Source of the DNA: Ramazzottius varieornatus
Lineage: Eukaryota > Animalia > Tardigrada
Assembly (NCBI GenBank): GCA_001949185.1
Contig: BDGG01000003.1
Span: 783,577 to 847,576 of the forward strand
DNA length: 64,000 nt
Direction of reading: 5' to 3'
The position numbers and the translations under genes were made by a program. Of the stretch, positions 11,683-25,200 are shown piece after piece (the stretch's first letter is position 1; each line of letters opens with the position of its first letter). The notes beneath the pieces were generated by a model, which searched no databases, was not told the origin of the DNA, and was given only the letters and a program-made list of their open reading frames with translations.

Positions 11683-14600
11683 GTTGAAATCGTGCTTGGG
11701 AAAAATAAAGGCACACCGGAAATGTCGGCGAGAAAGAATGGTCGGAAAGAGTGTTTGAGTGTTTGGTAGGTTAGTTCTTTCTGGATGCTTGGCGCAGCAA
11801 TAAAGCAGATTGTATGAAAACGCGGGTTGAGAGACAGTTTGTACCGGTATGCAAGTAAGCACTAACTTGTTTAGTAACACATGATTCACCTGTGAATACT
11901 ATTTTGCGGTATGATTTGTCCTCTGACCGCCATTACGGAAGATTTCCAGCCTAGCTCTTGAAGGCTCTTCCGTGAAGACAAGTAAGGCGCGATGAGAATG
12001 ACTGTCGTTAACGCGTGGCATAACAAGAATGGGATGTTTTTTGCACTGATTAACTCTTCTGAACTTTATGCCTCGGTCAAAATAGCTTTGATTCCCTACT
12101 GTCAACAACATATCAGCAACGAAACCAGTGACTGCATGGTAATTTATGGGTAAACGTGTTCCATCCACCCGCCTATCCGAGTGAATGATGGTTCTGTAAA
12201 CGGATCCAAATTTCCTTGATGTAAGAAGGTTCGGTCTTTGATTGTCATGGGGGTCGAAATGTCCTGTGAATCTGTTTCCTCGTCAAATGTACAGACTGAG
12301 AACTGTACAATTCCAGCTACAGGCAATGCCATTTCAACTGCGAACTTCAATAGACAATCGATGCAGCGGGTTGTTTTTTAGATATTTCTGGTTATTGGTA
12401 AAAAAAACAGTTCACAGGGACAACCGAAGCGCAATCGGCGGAGTTCTCTGTAGCGCCGCGCAGGCCGATACAACTATCTAGGTTTACCTTCATAACTGCA
12501 AGACAGGTAGATCCGTTGCGTTCCGTGCAGCGATAGCTTGCGCGCCATCGTAAGACACATCATCGAAGATGTCGCTGTATCCTTTGGCCACGGCCTGAGA
12601 GCGTGTAGGTAGGCTGCAGTGGATTCGAACACGGGGACCAGATACAACGGTTTCAAGCTAAGCTTGAGAGTTTTCCTGCAGGATCTGCTGGTACAATGCT
12701 ACAAGAAAGGTTACAATGAATGCATCGGTCCTTCCGTAAGACATGATTTGTTTACCTTCTCCGGTTAATGGATGAGATGGTTCGCGCACGTCCTTCTTCG
12801 CCATCTTGGCGAGCAAGTCCAGGCCCAGTAGACTGTATTGCACCAGCTGAGCGCAGTTGGGTACCGTGATCAAACCACTTTTGGCCGCTGCTTCCCGTTT
12901 CCTTTTTCCTCAGGATAAAACCGGTCAATATTGGAAGAATAAAAATAGGTTTTGAGTTTTCTGAGTGGTTTCTGATTTTGCAATTGATTTTGGGAGTTGG
13001 GCGGGTCGACTAGTGCCAATACAGCACTCAATTGCGAGCTCGTTTTTCTTTTGTCTTGCTTGCTCTTTCCCGTCCGCTAAGCCCGGCTATGGTCATCTTA
13101 TCGACCACTTTCATGACTTACCAATTACCCTGAAAGGCACCGCGCAAAGAAAACGCAGTTCCTTAAGCGCGATGACGAGTGAACAGTAAAAAGAGACCAG
13201 GTGAAGACAGGGCTCTTTTCACTGCTCCACCGGTCAATCGGAAGTCGTAGCTTCCTTGTTTAAAGAAATTCTGCTTGATTTTACCTATGGAGCTTTCAAA
13301 TGCATATGAACCATCTTCTGGGAGACGAAGGTTTCCTCTACACGGGTAGATAGTTTGCGAAATCGTGTTCGAGAACCTCGCTTGCGGGCTGGGCTTCGCT
13401 TGACTGTATGGATTTACGCTAGCCTAAAAAGACTTGTTAATTCTGGAAACGCTACTCACCATCACCACGACAAGTATCTTCAGTAGTCATGGTAGTGCCG
13501 GTAAAGATGGAACTGATGGCCGGGATGAGGTGAGGTGCCGTTTTGAACTGTTGGCAAGTTGGAAATCACGTCGGGCACGAAGTACCCAAGCAAAACTACG
13601 CAAGAGTGGGATACTGGGACTGACTATTGATGTCCGAATGACACAGTGTACAAGCACTGTTAAAGTGACCATTGAATTTCCCGTAGCCGATCTGCTTGCT
13701 TTTGAGTATGACATCGAACTAATATTCCGAAAGCAAAAACAACAATGGGAAAGACCCTCAGTTTTTGGAAATAAGCTTTCTGTACATGACTTTGAAACGT
13801 TTGGTTCAGACTTTGAATTTCTATGAACTTCGTCTTTGAAAATCAGTTCGTAGTGGAAACCAGATCATAGTAGACATGAACCTGTGAGGACAAGCCGCGA
13901 ACAGTGGTTTACAAAACCCATGTGCACTGTACGACAAGGTTATTGGGTTACAGTACGGCTGTGTATTATTCGCAAGCACGCATTGTTCGACTGCGAGTAT
14001 TCAAGTGTAACGACTTGGCCTTGACATCAAAGTATACCCACAAATTTACCGACCAATTGATCGAAAGGTGGACGAATGTGCGATGGACGGCTGGTACTTC
14101 ATTTACAACGAGTATGTTAAGGTTATAGTGATGCGCCTTCCAGCTGGAAACTCGAAGATGGAAACAGGAAGACTCAGATGCTGGAAGTAATGGCGATGGT
14201 CTCTTGACAATGCTTCGTTGTGTGCACTGCTGCACTGGGGACAATTTGTACGTGCCTGCCTACACAAAGAAAATGGAAGAGACTAAAGGAAGAGCTCGTC
14301 CTTTCAGGCCTTCCCTCATCATGCCTTGGTGCGCCCATTACAATCAAATCTCCATCCAGGAAATGGGTGAAGGCTGAGTATTCCTTGCTGGATGGCGCGA
14401 GTGAGCCGTCATTTCGCTTACTGAAACTTACCGTGGCGTCTGTCGATTTGCCATTTGAGGGACGTCAAGCATCCTTATGCATGCAGATGCAAACGGCGTA
14501 CATTATTAAAATTCAATTTCCTCTTCTTTCTCCATCGTCAAGCGCACTTTTCAACCCACTCTTCACTTCCTTCTTTCTTCTTTTGCTGGGTCTTCTCGAG

Positions 14601-14766
14601 ACCACCTTCCATGTCCTTTGCCTCCAGTCGAAAGCGAAACGCTTTCCTTCAATATATAACGTCGAACTTCATCTTACCATTAAAAACTTTATATCTTTCT
14701 CATCAGTTTTTTTAAGCAATCAAAATTTCGAAAGTTGTTTCCCAGAATAATCGAACGTTTTTCTAG

Positions 14767-15354
14767 ATGCTTTTGCTGACGTTATCCTCTGATGGAAGGA
14801 TGGTTGTGATGGATGAAAGCTATAATTCGTCCGTTACTGCGGATTTTCGACATTCCATTATCCGACACCTCAGTCATTCAGCTCCTAAAATACCGGTTGC
14901 GGCATTAGTGATCATCTTTGCCATATTCCTCACCATCATTGTTGCTTTCATTCTTTTCTGGGTACTGAACTGGATGCGGTCATACAAGACCTTTCCATCC
15001 GACGAGCCAACCGAGTACTTCCTGCACGATCTCTGGGAAGAACGATACCTGCCTAGCCCGCTCAACCACAAGCTCCCGCCTCAGAAATACGCCTGCGCGC
15101 AATGCGAACTGGTATCTGACGATGTAAAAACTGCAGACATGAGAATTCTAACAGTTCCATCACCAGGAAGAAAATCTTTTTGGAGAGCCGTCAGAAAAGC
15201 GTGGAGGACTCTGGACAGAGAGTTATCCGACAGCAACAGATCCATTGTGAATAACGGATACCAAACTTTCACGAACGAAGACTGCCTGACAGAACTTCCT
15301 TTGGTTACCCTCTCCGAAAGAGTAGACGAACCATTAAATAATTTTAACGCCTGA
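14767..15354 (+). CDS. hypothetical single-pass membrane protein (possibly a last exon)
   Basis: 195-codon ORF that starts right after a ttctag acceptor. It has an N-glycosylation sequon (NSS), then the hydrophobic stretch IPVAALVIIFAIFLTIIVAFILFWVL followed by basic residues. AATAAA lies near 15389. No family recognised. Confidence 0.5.
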   Translation: MLLLTLSSDGRMVVMDESYNSSVTADFRHSIIRHLSHSAPKIPVAALVIIFAIFLTIIVAFILFWVLNWMRSYKTFPSDEPTEYFLHDLWEERYLPSPLNHKLPPQKYACAQCELVSDDVKTADMRILTVPSPGRKSFWRAVRKAWRTLDRELSDSNRSIVNNGYQTFTNEDCLTELPLVTLSERVDEPLNNFNA

Positions 15355-15892
15355 CGATATGTTTTCATTCGTGTTTTCTGTTGATCAAAATAAAAGCTGA
15401 TTTTCTAGTGTACAAAAGGCATATACTGCTCACGTTGGTTCCTCCTCCGATGAAGTTGTTTGCTTGATGGCCTTACCATGTCGTTACGAGCTTGACGTCT
15501 CACTTATTGATCCTGCTTGAGCTGAAAGTGATGAACTATGGTAATTCGGAATTTGACACTCGTTTACTTCCCCATGAAGATGTGTTGGAGAAAGGCGAGA
15601 GTAAAATCAGTCATGGACACATGGTGAGACCGTCGGGTCGACAAGAGGGAATACAAGCGCGCAAGTAGAGCGGGAAACGGATATTTCCGCTCGGTCGAGC
15701 ACTGGAACACAGACTGATCGGAGGAAGAAAATATCCTGCACTCTCTTCTGCATCTGTGGTACCTCTAACTACAACCAGCAGTCAAGCTCGGACAGATATC
15801 TAGCATTCGATAGCTTTGAAAAATGGCCGGAAAGAGATGATCAGCAAGTTCCATTCTGATAAAACATGGGGTATGTCTTATTTCTGAATATA

Positions 15893-16996
15893 CATTGCAG
15901 ATGGGCCAGGTGACTACCACCTCACGATATTCACAGCGCTCTCGACTGCGTATGGGCTGGTCCTCACAACTATTTTTTTCTTTATTTAGTATCCCTATTG
16001 CTGCTCTTTAAAAATAACTTGCCCAGAAAGAATGTCTATGCGAAGTCGAGAACCAACCCAGAACTAGGGAGGGTGTAGCCGCGTCTCTGCTACGAGGCGA
16101 ACTTTTCACTGTTTCTCCCTCGGGAAAAATCTTTTTTCCCTCTTCTGCTATCTTGGATTAAAACTGCTGATTGCAAATTGTTTAACGGTAGTCTGACTTC
16201 CGGGAAAAATCAGTGCTCTTCTGTATGACTTGCTGATTCACTGATACAGTTACTATAGAGAAATTGGGCCGAAATACAGGGTGCGCGCCTGAAAACAGGG
16301 TTTCCCGAAATAGTTTGGAATCTTTTCCGGCAACTAAAAGCATAAACGGGATGCCAAATCATTGATCTATCTGAATCCGAAACGCTTTGGAGAGACCCGG
16401 GGAAACGTGCGTGGGGAAAGACTTTTCGCAAAAACTAGGTTCACGAGAATCGGCCACTTTTTCTGATTTTGACAGAATTGCAGAAAATTCTCATCCACTT
16501 GTTTGACAAGGCCTTGCGATTCTGGCACTTGGAAGAATTAGTCCGAAGACTTGGCTACATGACAAGCGGTCGTAGGTGAGAGTTCTTGGTTTAGAACATG
16601 AATTATAGTTTTTTTCACGAGTAGTGGTTTTCCGGCAAAATGGTCAAATTTGACGGTCTTAATTCATCAATCAACTTGGTTTGACTTTCTTGCGATCTTC
16701 TTTATCTTCTTACAAGAATCCGGATAGTTTTGCATCCGTCAAAATCAAATTGGGGAAAGATAATTGCGCATAGAATTCTACAGTGTCCGGTTTGTTTCTG
16801 CCGAAAACTCCCTCACCCGAAGTTATTCCAATCAACTTCTGTAACCAAGGTCTCACTACATACCAACAAGCTATAGCTCAGCGCAAGAGTGTGGAAAATT
16901 GCACATATCATGTGAAAGAACGAAAAAGAAGGCAGACAGTCTGATTTTTTTCTGCGCCAATGTTCCAGGTGGTAGTCACTTGGCCCATCCGCACTG
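15893..16996. mobile_element. ~1.1 kb non-autonomous Tc1/mariner-like DNA transposon (copy A)
   Basis: TIRs cattgcagatgggccaggtgactaccacc / ggtggtagtcacttggcccatccgcactg with TA at the left end. The interior resembles 30273-30750 and 33830-34414. Confidence 0.75.
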
Positions 16997-19540
16997 GTAG
17001 CCTCTGTGAAAATCCGAAGCTAGGCCAAGAATGGTTCACGTTGATCTATCCTATCGGGGTCTCATCTGACGTTGTGCTACAGTTTGAAAAATGACGCTGA
17101 CTGGTCAGTCCGCCCTCATCTCCCTTCAGAGCATTTTTGCTGGCGCCACTTGTCTTCATGTGCACCATGATCTACACAGCCGGAGTGTATGGGTTCGTAC
17201 GAGGAGCTGGTCCTCACTTTGTCCAGGTCAAAAGTTTGTTGACATACGTCATTGATGCGTCACAAGCGTAAGGAGCCTGCAAGTAGCTCGTGACGTAAAA
17301 GTGAAAAGTAGGCTTTAGACCTAGTACGGAAAGTTTTTCCATGGAATTTTTGCTGGACCTCTCTTTCAATATGGTGGATGAATTGATGGTTGAGCTACAC
17401 TCTGGCCGTTTAGGTTTCCCGAAACTCCTGTCAAGTGACGAGAGATGTGCGGCTAAAAATGACAATAGTTTCCTTCTCCGACCACTGTTGCTCATCGGTT
17501 GATTGATTGAAGAAACAACCGGAATGTCACATGGTCATAAAGTTCCAATCTTCTTCCAAAAGACACATTTCAAATTAAGGAAACTGGACGACGAGTTCCG
17601 GAGATAGAAGGAAGTAAAGTAAGACCACGGATGCCCATAACCCATGAGCGTGATTGTGTGTGTACATAGTTTTAGCCTGGACCACGTTAGGACCAGTCTT
17701 TTTTTTATGGTGACATTTTCCGGCTGGTTCATACTGTTAGGGCTCCCAGGTAGCGCAGCGATCCTGCGCCAGTTATGATGCTCTGATTCGGCCATACACC
17801 CTACATGATGATGGGGTTCACAGTGATCATGTTAGGCGTTACCGTCAGAGTCACTGTGTTCTCTGAACCTGGGTGACTGGATGTTAGACTTCACAAGTCG
17901 CGGATATCAAGATCGTGCTCTAAAGGTAGTATACATCTGCGGCAAGTACTTGGTAGTCGGTACACACACGATGGGTAATTATGGGACAGCAAAATCACGG
18001 GACAGGCGGAAAGGACGGCAAAACAATATTAGTGTGAATCGGTCGTGTGCGTACGCGCTTCCATACCGCTACAGCGGAAAGGCCTGTCCCATAATATTTA
18101 CTGTACCTTAATTACCCACCATGCGTGTACTGCTTTCTCCTCTGCGGATGGAGAGGCAGGCTCTCAGCCAAACGGAATGGTGAATGGTGTTTTCTGTCGT
18201 GCTCAAGCCGTGCCCGGTAGCACCGTGGTGGCGGTGACTCGATCAAAGCAATTTGTCTATGACGTATAGGATTTGTTGAGTGACGTCACGTTCTCCACTT
18301 CTCCAAACCACAGTACTGCCCGTAACAGTCTGCAAAGAGCTCTGACGTTTCGGTGCAGGAATCAGATCGTGTAGGTGCACACCACCCGACTTCTGTGATA
18401 CGCAGCAGGTGCAAGCTAAGAGGCTCCACTGCATTGCCGAGTGGCCGTGTGGAGCGATATCAGATACATAGTACTGGGTGAATATCAGTGATATACATGT
18501 ACACCCAGTACTATGTACACTCAGTACTATCAGAGGTGATACAATATCACCTCTCCGGGACGTTCCACTTACATTTAGGTACCTCCAATCTTTGCAGTGA
18601 TTCCCAGTAGATGGGACTATGAGCATCACAAACTACGTGTGGAAAGGGAAGGAACGAATCATCCAGTGTGGTGGCTTCCTTACTGAGAACAGCGCATGCT
18701 TGAGCCACAGTGTCAGAGTGCATATGTGCAAATTCGCAAAAATACACGCGCATGTGCGCATAAGTAGACCTCAGTGAGGACCGGTATGGAATGGGTTGGA
18801 AGCAATGCTGGAAGATTGATACAGCCATCCGCTGGACCAATGCCGTCCGCCAGCCAAGATGGCTGTCGATCAGACCCTGAAGTGCCAAAAAATTCCTCCA
18901 ACAGCGTTGATCAACGTTTCTCCAAAACTGAGGACTCAGCCGACTTACCATAACGTCACGGAGTTTCACAGCCCACGAGCGATGGTGACGTTGGTGCGGA
19001 CCTACAGTGTACAATGGGTACTCGGCCTACAAAACCTGGCAGGTAACACTTTAGCAACCGCCAAAGGTGTTCCGTGTCATTGACCCGCATAACCTGATAC
19101 CTCTGCAAAATCGTGTGTTTATGCGCGAGTCCGTGGCCCTTGATTACGCAGGAGTAGATGCACGACGTTTGGCTGATGCCGTAGGATGCTATCCTTCTTG
19201 TTCTGTCCTTACTCCTTTGCGTATCCGTGAAGAAACCCAGTAAATTTTATTGTATCACGTCTACACTCCAAGTAAATAGTTTCATTCAGCCCCAAACGAG
19301 GACGTTCGTGAAACACTTGCACGTCTATGCATACTTGATATCTATTTTGTCCCGGAGCGTTACCGACGGCAAAGAGTACTAAATTTGCAAGAGCAATCAC
19401 GTCAGCTGCTGCCAGAATTCCGCAGATCAACGGCATCATGAGCGTAAGCAGACTGATATCGGCGGTCAGAACCATACATTTGTGCATAATCAAAGTCAAC
19501 GACGTCGTTAGTCGTCAGCACCATGATCTATGCATTTTTG

Positions 19541-19588
19541 GTTAAGTACCGTCCCCCTTCAAAATACCGTTAAGTACCGTCCCCCTTC
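19541..19588. repeat. 20-bp direct repeat
   Basis: gttaagtaccgtcccccttc occurs at 19541-19560 and 19569-19588. Confidence 0.8.
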
Positions 19589-20992
19589 CCCTCCTAACAG
19601 AACTAACCTGCTCGCTTTCATCGTTCGGCGATTGGTCGATTCGAAAACATTATGCTCTTTGTCCCCTCTTTGAGATCTCGTCTGGTACCACCAAACAGAA
19701 TTCCCAGTTAAAAGACATGGTCTGTCGGTATAAAGTGATCGAAACGATTCGAATCCTATAGCTGAAGAGGGTCTACTGTGGTTCCATATGCGTTTTGTGT
19801 TCACTTGACTGAGCCCAACTACGGTTCTAAACTAGACCGCGATAATGTTGCTCGCTATGTGGCGTTCATGCCTGCTTATATCCCTGGCCATAGTGAACTC
19901 AGCGGGAGGCTGCGGAACGCTAATATCGGTGGAGATCTCCCGACCTCCGTTTTCGAACGGTCGCCAAGATCGACAAAAGGCCGCTCCGCATCTGAAGCCA
20001 CTCGATGATTCCGCTAGACGGGCTTTCTCTCGGTTGAAATCTGCATTGGCCCCAGATCCGCTTCAGTACGGTCAAGAGGTGTCACAGCTGATCGAGAAAC
20101 TGGGGGAGTTGCTCGGAGGATCGGCTGTTTGGCAGAAGGCATCGCAGGCTGCAGCACAGCCGGCTGATACGGCAACCCATGGAAAAATGTCCCCGTTGGG
20201 TTCCACTGCAACCCCACATTACCGACGCTTGCCGCTTCCAAGGTGTAATTCAGGCAGGAAACAATATGGGACAAGATGATCCCACATTGATCCACTTTTA
20301 AATACGCATTGAAAGCTAAAGGTGGATCGCAGCGTAAGGGTGAGGTGGTTTAATGTGGGACGATCCCATATTGGTACCGCAATGCAGTCTACGGCGGTCC
20401 GGCGGTGAGACAACATCAAAGAGCTTTTGAGTAAGGTACCCATAGCTAACGCGAAAACCTATCTGGTAGAGCTTTTGTTCCGTACCCCGATCACTTTCGA
20501 ACCTGTTTCTTGAACGCCTATTACTCATGTTCATATCCATAAAGATAGATTACTGATTTCCTGGCCAAAGGCCTTTCAGTTGCAGAGATGGAACGGCTCT
20601 GCTCCACATGGTCCAACCCGTTCAGGATTCGGGGTAAACTACAGTAACACCGTTAGCTCAACCGCACTGTTTCCATTGCTGACGGGCTATTGTCTACCTA
20701 TTGTTAAAAACCGCCGAAACATGATTGCGCAATTTTAAAACCGAGGATCAATCAAACAGACCACAAGCCTGCAACAATAACAAATTTAATAATAACAAAT
20801 GATGGAAAATAAATATACCGATCAGGCAACCGATAGAAAAATTCCGACAAGGGGGGAACTCACCAGAAATACACCTGAGAATCTCACTCGAGAATAGACT
20901 AAGTGAAAACGACCGACAATATCCGACTTGAGCGTAAGTTGAACAACAAGAGAAGCTGGGTACTTCAAATTAATTTAAAACAAATTGAGAAT

Positions 20993-21934
20993 TTAAAAAC
21001 AAGATAAAGGTTCAAATGGCTCAGAAAGAGCTATAAGAAGAATTGAAACGCTTGGAAAAACAGTCGACTGAAACTGCCGGCTCTTGACAGGAATTGCTTT
21101 ATTATCATCGTCGCTGCTGTCATCGAGAGAAAGAATGCGTTTGCCGGTCTTCGGCAGTTTGACGAAGCGACCATCGGCGTTCAGCTTCAAGATTTTGTTG
21201 ACCTTCGCCACCTGTCCCTTGTCACCAGCCTTGGCCACGAACTTTAGCTTTCGTTACCGTTTGCGTGAACCTCCATCCTCTTGTTCACCAACGTCCGATT
21301 CGGCATCGCTAGATTCCAGGAAGGATGATCCGGCGTATTGGGTCGGGTACTGGATCAGCATGATGCGTTCGTTTGTAGTATTGACGAGCTTGTACTGGTT
21401 TCCTGTTTCTCGTCTCAGCAGCTCGGTCATGGATCCAATCATGGCATTTAGGAACAGGGTCTTGTTAAGCTCGTACGACGCAATCTTGAATTCTTTCTCG
21501 AGAAAAACTGGAAACAAAGAATGGCAAGTCTCGTCGGACAGTTCGAACCAGTGGCAGAATCTTGCAAGCTTGCTGCTGGTATACGAGGTGGTAGTCGTGA
21601 AGAGGTCGCTTGTTGCGCGCAGCCGGAACGTTCATCGCTGTGCCACATTAACGTCCACGCTACTGCCACTGTATCCAGGTCCGACTTTTCCATGGAAATG
21701 GCTCAAATACAGACGCCTGGCATCCACCGTGTAACGTTTTCTGAAAAAAGCAAGAACGGAGAAGCCATGAAAGGTCCTGACCGCGAGAATGCAGTTTCCG
21801 GTGCTGAGCCTAACAAGAAACCACCAGCTCGTTCGTTCGTTGGATTTTTGTTCCCTCGACTTTCGAGGCCCCGTGTCGGTTAACAAATTTCTGATCTTCT
21901 CCCCGTTTTCTGTATCGTTTGTCAGTACTTGCAC
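20993..21934 (-). pseudogene. intronless ~314-codon frame interrupted by two stops (orphan or TE-derived)
   Basis: ORFs 21632-21934, 21254-21517 and 20993-21238 share one frame and are separated only by TGA (21632-34) and TAA (21254-56). Confidence 0.4.
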
Positions 21935-22237
21935 GCGCGCTGTTCCTCCGCAGCTATTTTTCGGATAACTCGCCGATCCTAATCAGAGGTAGTTGGCCCT
22001 GCACTCTACCACGCTCCCCTGGTATACGTTTCAACTTAGTCTAAACGTTTTGACCAATCGCAAGAAATCGGGAAAACCGACTTTTTCATTCTACAATAAT
22101 TTATTGTGCAGCAGTCGGCCTAAAATTGTGGGCTTTATAATCGACGAAAATGCGTTCGTTTCGCTGCAGACTACAGGATAACACTCTGGACAATAGAAAG
22201 ACAACGTGCAAAACGGAAATTACAAATCGACCCGAGT

Positions 22238-25200
22238 CTACAATATGGAAGGAACACGTCCGCTTTCGCTCAAGGGAGTTTTTCGGAAACAGCGGAAAAT
22301 GAATTGCCAGCAGTTCCTCGTGTGCAGCATGTAAGACCCATAGACTAGCGGGTTCATGATTGTGCTGAAGCTCAACGACAGCATCAAAAGGGCTTCGGTG
22401 AGCAGGTTATTATGATCTTGAAGGGTACTGTCGTCATAGGTCGGGGCAGTGGCGCTTCCATCCGTCGCCGCTTTCACGTTGATTGTTTCCGTCGATGCCT
22501 GGACGAAGGCCACGCAGATCATAATGGCGTAAGGGGTGTAGCACAAGACAAAAGCCAGCACGATCAGCATGGACAACTTCAACGTCCGCGACCTGGCTTT
22601 CTTCCGTATAATAGTGTCGGTATGGTACAGCTGGAGCCCAGTTGGCAGTCGCGCACGCAACGGTCGCAGCGTGGAAGTTACACGTGGACTTCCGTTGACG
22701 AGCTCCCCGTTGACAGTAGCATCCGCTGGTGAGATGTCGTGTATAGCGCGGAAGGATGGTGAACGTGAGGAAACTGATCCCTTGTTATCGTTGGTACCAC
22801 TGCGACTGGTTCGGAGGTTGTACTCGGTGCGAGTACTATCGTGTGATGAAGCTGTCAGCACGCGGCAGAGAGCCCAATGGCCGGCCTTGGAGGATGAACG
22901 GATGGTCCACAGGAGGATGGAAGAAATGATGATGATCATCAGCAGAGGAATAACGTACATCGCCAGAATGCCAAAGATGACGTAAGCTTTCTCGGCAGCC
23001 GGTGTCTGGAAGGAATTTAGCGTGACACACTGTGCAAAGTCGGGAACATCCGGGTGAAATTCCACGTGGAAAACCACAGCCTGAAGGGAGGAAAATCTGT
23101 ATTAGGATGATGTAATAGTTTTTTTTCGTAGTGTGCATTCTTAATCATAGCTGGCCAAAATCTTGGAGAGCTCATTTAGTTGCAACGCCCAAATTTAGAG
23201 AATAATGGCGGTCTCTGGAGATTACAATTCACCTACTAATCGCGACTGTTCTAATAGCCTCTCTTGACGAAAATGTTTAGGTTTATCATTTATGCATCTT
23301 TCCCGCGGTTTGTTCGTAGCCTTTACGCTTCTTTTGGCCCGACCTATAGCTACATCAGCTGTGACTGGCTCGACCAGTCAAGTCGTGAGCGGTGCTCAAA
23401 GAGATAGATACCACAGTAGGAAACAAACGGATACAGTATAGAGATTAAGTTACAACCCCGTTCGCTTTCCCGCTGTAGCTAAGGCTTGCTCAGCCCTTTT
23501 CATGACTTGTAACTACAATTTGCTTTCCGGAGCTCCGCTTATATTCGAAAAATAGCGAAATCGGGTTTAGGGTGAGCTAGCATTGTAAAGCATGGTGGCT
23601 GCCCGACTATTGAAATTATGATCAGCTGTGCTTATGAGTGACGTTGCAGCTCGTTTTAGCTACAGACGGACTTTCGTCTGGCGGTGGCAACTTAATCTCT
23701 GTAGTAAGTACTGCACCTGCTGGCGACACAAAAACAACCCTACATCCTAGGACCCTAGAGAAAGCAACCTCAAAGAGAACCAGTTGAGCCTAAAATTTAA
23801 ATAATAGACCAAACCTGTCATAGAGCTAGAACTTAATCCGTTAAGTTGCATTGTGGGCAACGAATGTGACAGCTGCGGCTATAGTACACGGCGCCCTTTC
23901 AAGGTATCAGTGGGGACCAGTGACCATAATCAGCCAGTTCCCTTGGGACTTCAGGGTCGGCACAGTACTGCGTTAGAGACAACTCGCACACGTCTTCGCC
24001 GGTCGTCCCACCATCCTTCTGTGTGACTTGTTCTCTCCTGATCTCTCCAGGAAAACAGGTTTTTCCGATTCCTTCCAAATTTCTAAATCTTCGAACAGCC
24101 AACTTCCTTCACCTGAGTCTCACGCGAGATTTCTGATACTTTTAGGCCAAATTTTACTGACGCTTTTTCTGTCCCGGCCAAAGCAAGTAACGACACAGGT
24201 TAACGATTCGCATCAAGTCGTCACGAGGTTTATGACAGACAAGGACTCAAGGGGATGAGAAAATCTTCTGTTCGTGCGCGATCGTTTTCTTCCACCTTTA
24301 AACTTTTGACAAGGAGGCTAAAAAGTTTTGTTTGCATGTCATAATGTCAGCGCCTACGAAAGATTTCTTAAGACTGAGTAATTTACTGCGTGGACTAACG
24401 TGGGAGTTAAAGTATCACAGTGAGGGAGCATTCATTAATCACGCCAGGTTTTTGATATCAGGAGGCCTGACCATGCTCTCTCCCTTGTCAGGCAATTCAA
24501 GCAAACAACTCGCTTTTATAACATTGCTGTCAGGTTTTGGGAACCCATCACCTCTCCCTGGGTAACTGACGTCATCAATGAATGCTCCCTAACGTCATTA
24601 GAAGGGATGTCTACAGTATACTGACGAACGTGGTACTACATAACCATAGCTTGTGAGGCTTATTATGGGAGATGATTCTAGGTTAAAAGGGAAATTTGCG
24701 AAACCGGAGTTTCCGCCCGCCGTCAAAATATTGTTACCGGCAGTGCAAGAACAGCAGGGCCAATGCGGGTCGGCGTTTCCGGGCCGATATATTGAGCATG
24801 TTGTCCTGTTGTTTCCTAATTTGATTTCAAGGGAAAGCTGAATTTCAGGGTCGTCAGGCAACGATCTTGATTGATAAGAATTACCACTGGGATTTGCCCT
24901 GCGTTGGCTGTTCCCTTTTGATGATTGGCATCCTGCGCGAGTTCCAGGGAATTTGTTTGCAGCTAGATGGAAACGCAGAGCGCCTACTTTTGAGGCGTGT
25001 ACACCGTTAAAAGTATCCACACATCCACAAATCCATTGCGTGCACCGCTAGACGCGCTACACTTCGGTTTCTGATCGGAAACGTGAAAAAACGTCTCGAC
25101 TTTACCAAAGGGAAAATCCCGTATCTAACCTCAAGATCTTCAAACGAATCATATGTTCATTCGCCGCAGGTCCTGATTACAGCGGATATGTTATGGGGTT

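Noticed and set aside
12474-12900. Minus-strand exon-like fragments with plausible splice sites
   Set aside because: They contain in-frame stops and no recognisable domain.
15600-18270. Scattered hydrophobic exon-like pieces (WFTLIYPIGV, LAPLVFMCTMIY, FFMVTFSGWFILLGLPG, HTPYMMMGF)
   Set aside because: These may be a decayed membrane-protein gene, but stops intervene and I could not build a consistent model or assign a family.
18240-20540. Several 90-155 aa ORFs on both strands
   Set aside because: They have no recognisable domains or coherent splice pattern and are probably decayed repeat or intergenic DNA.
21084-21734. 216-aa plus-strand ORF
   Set aside because: It is antisense to the more protein-like minus-strand frame and has no recognisable motif.
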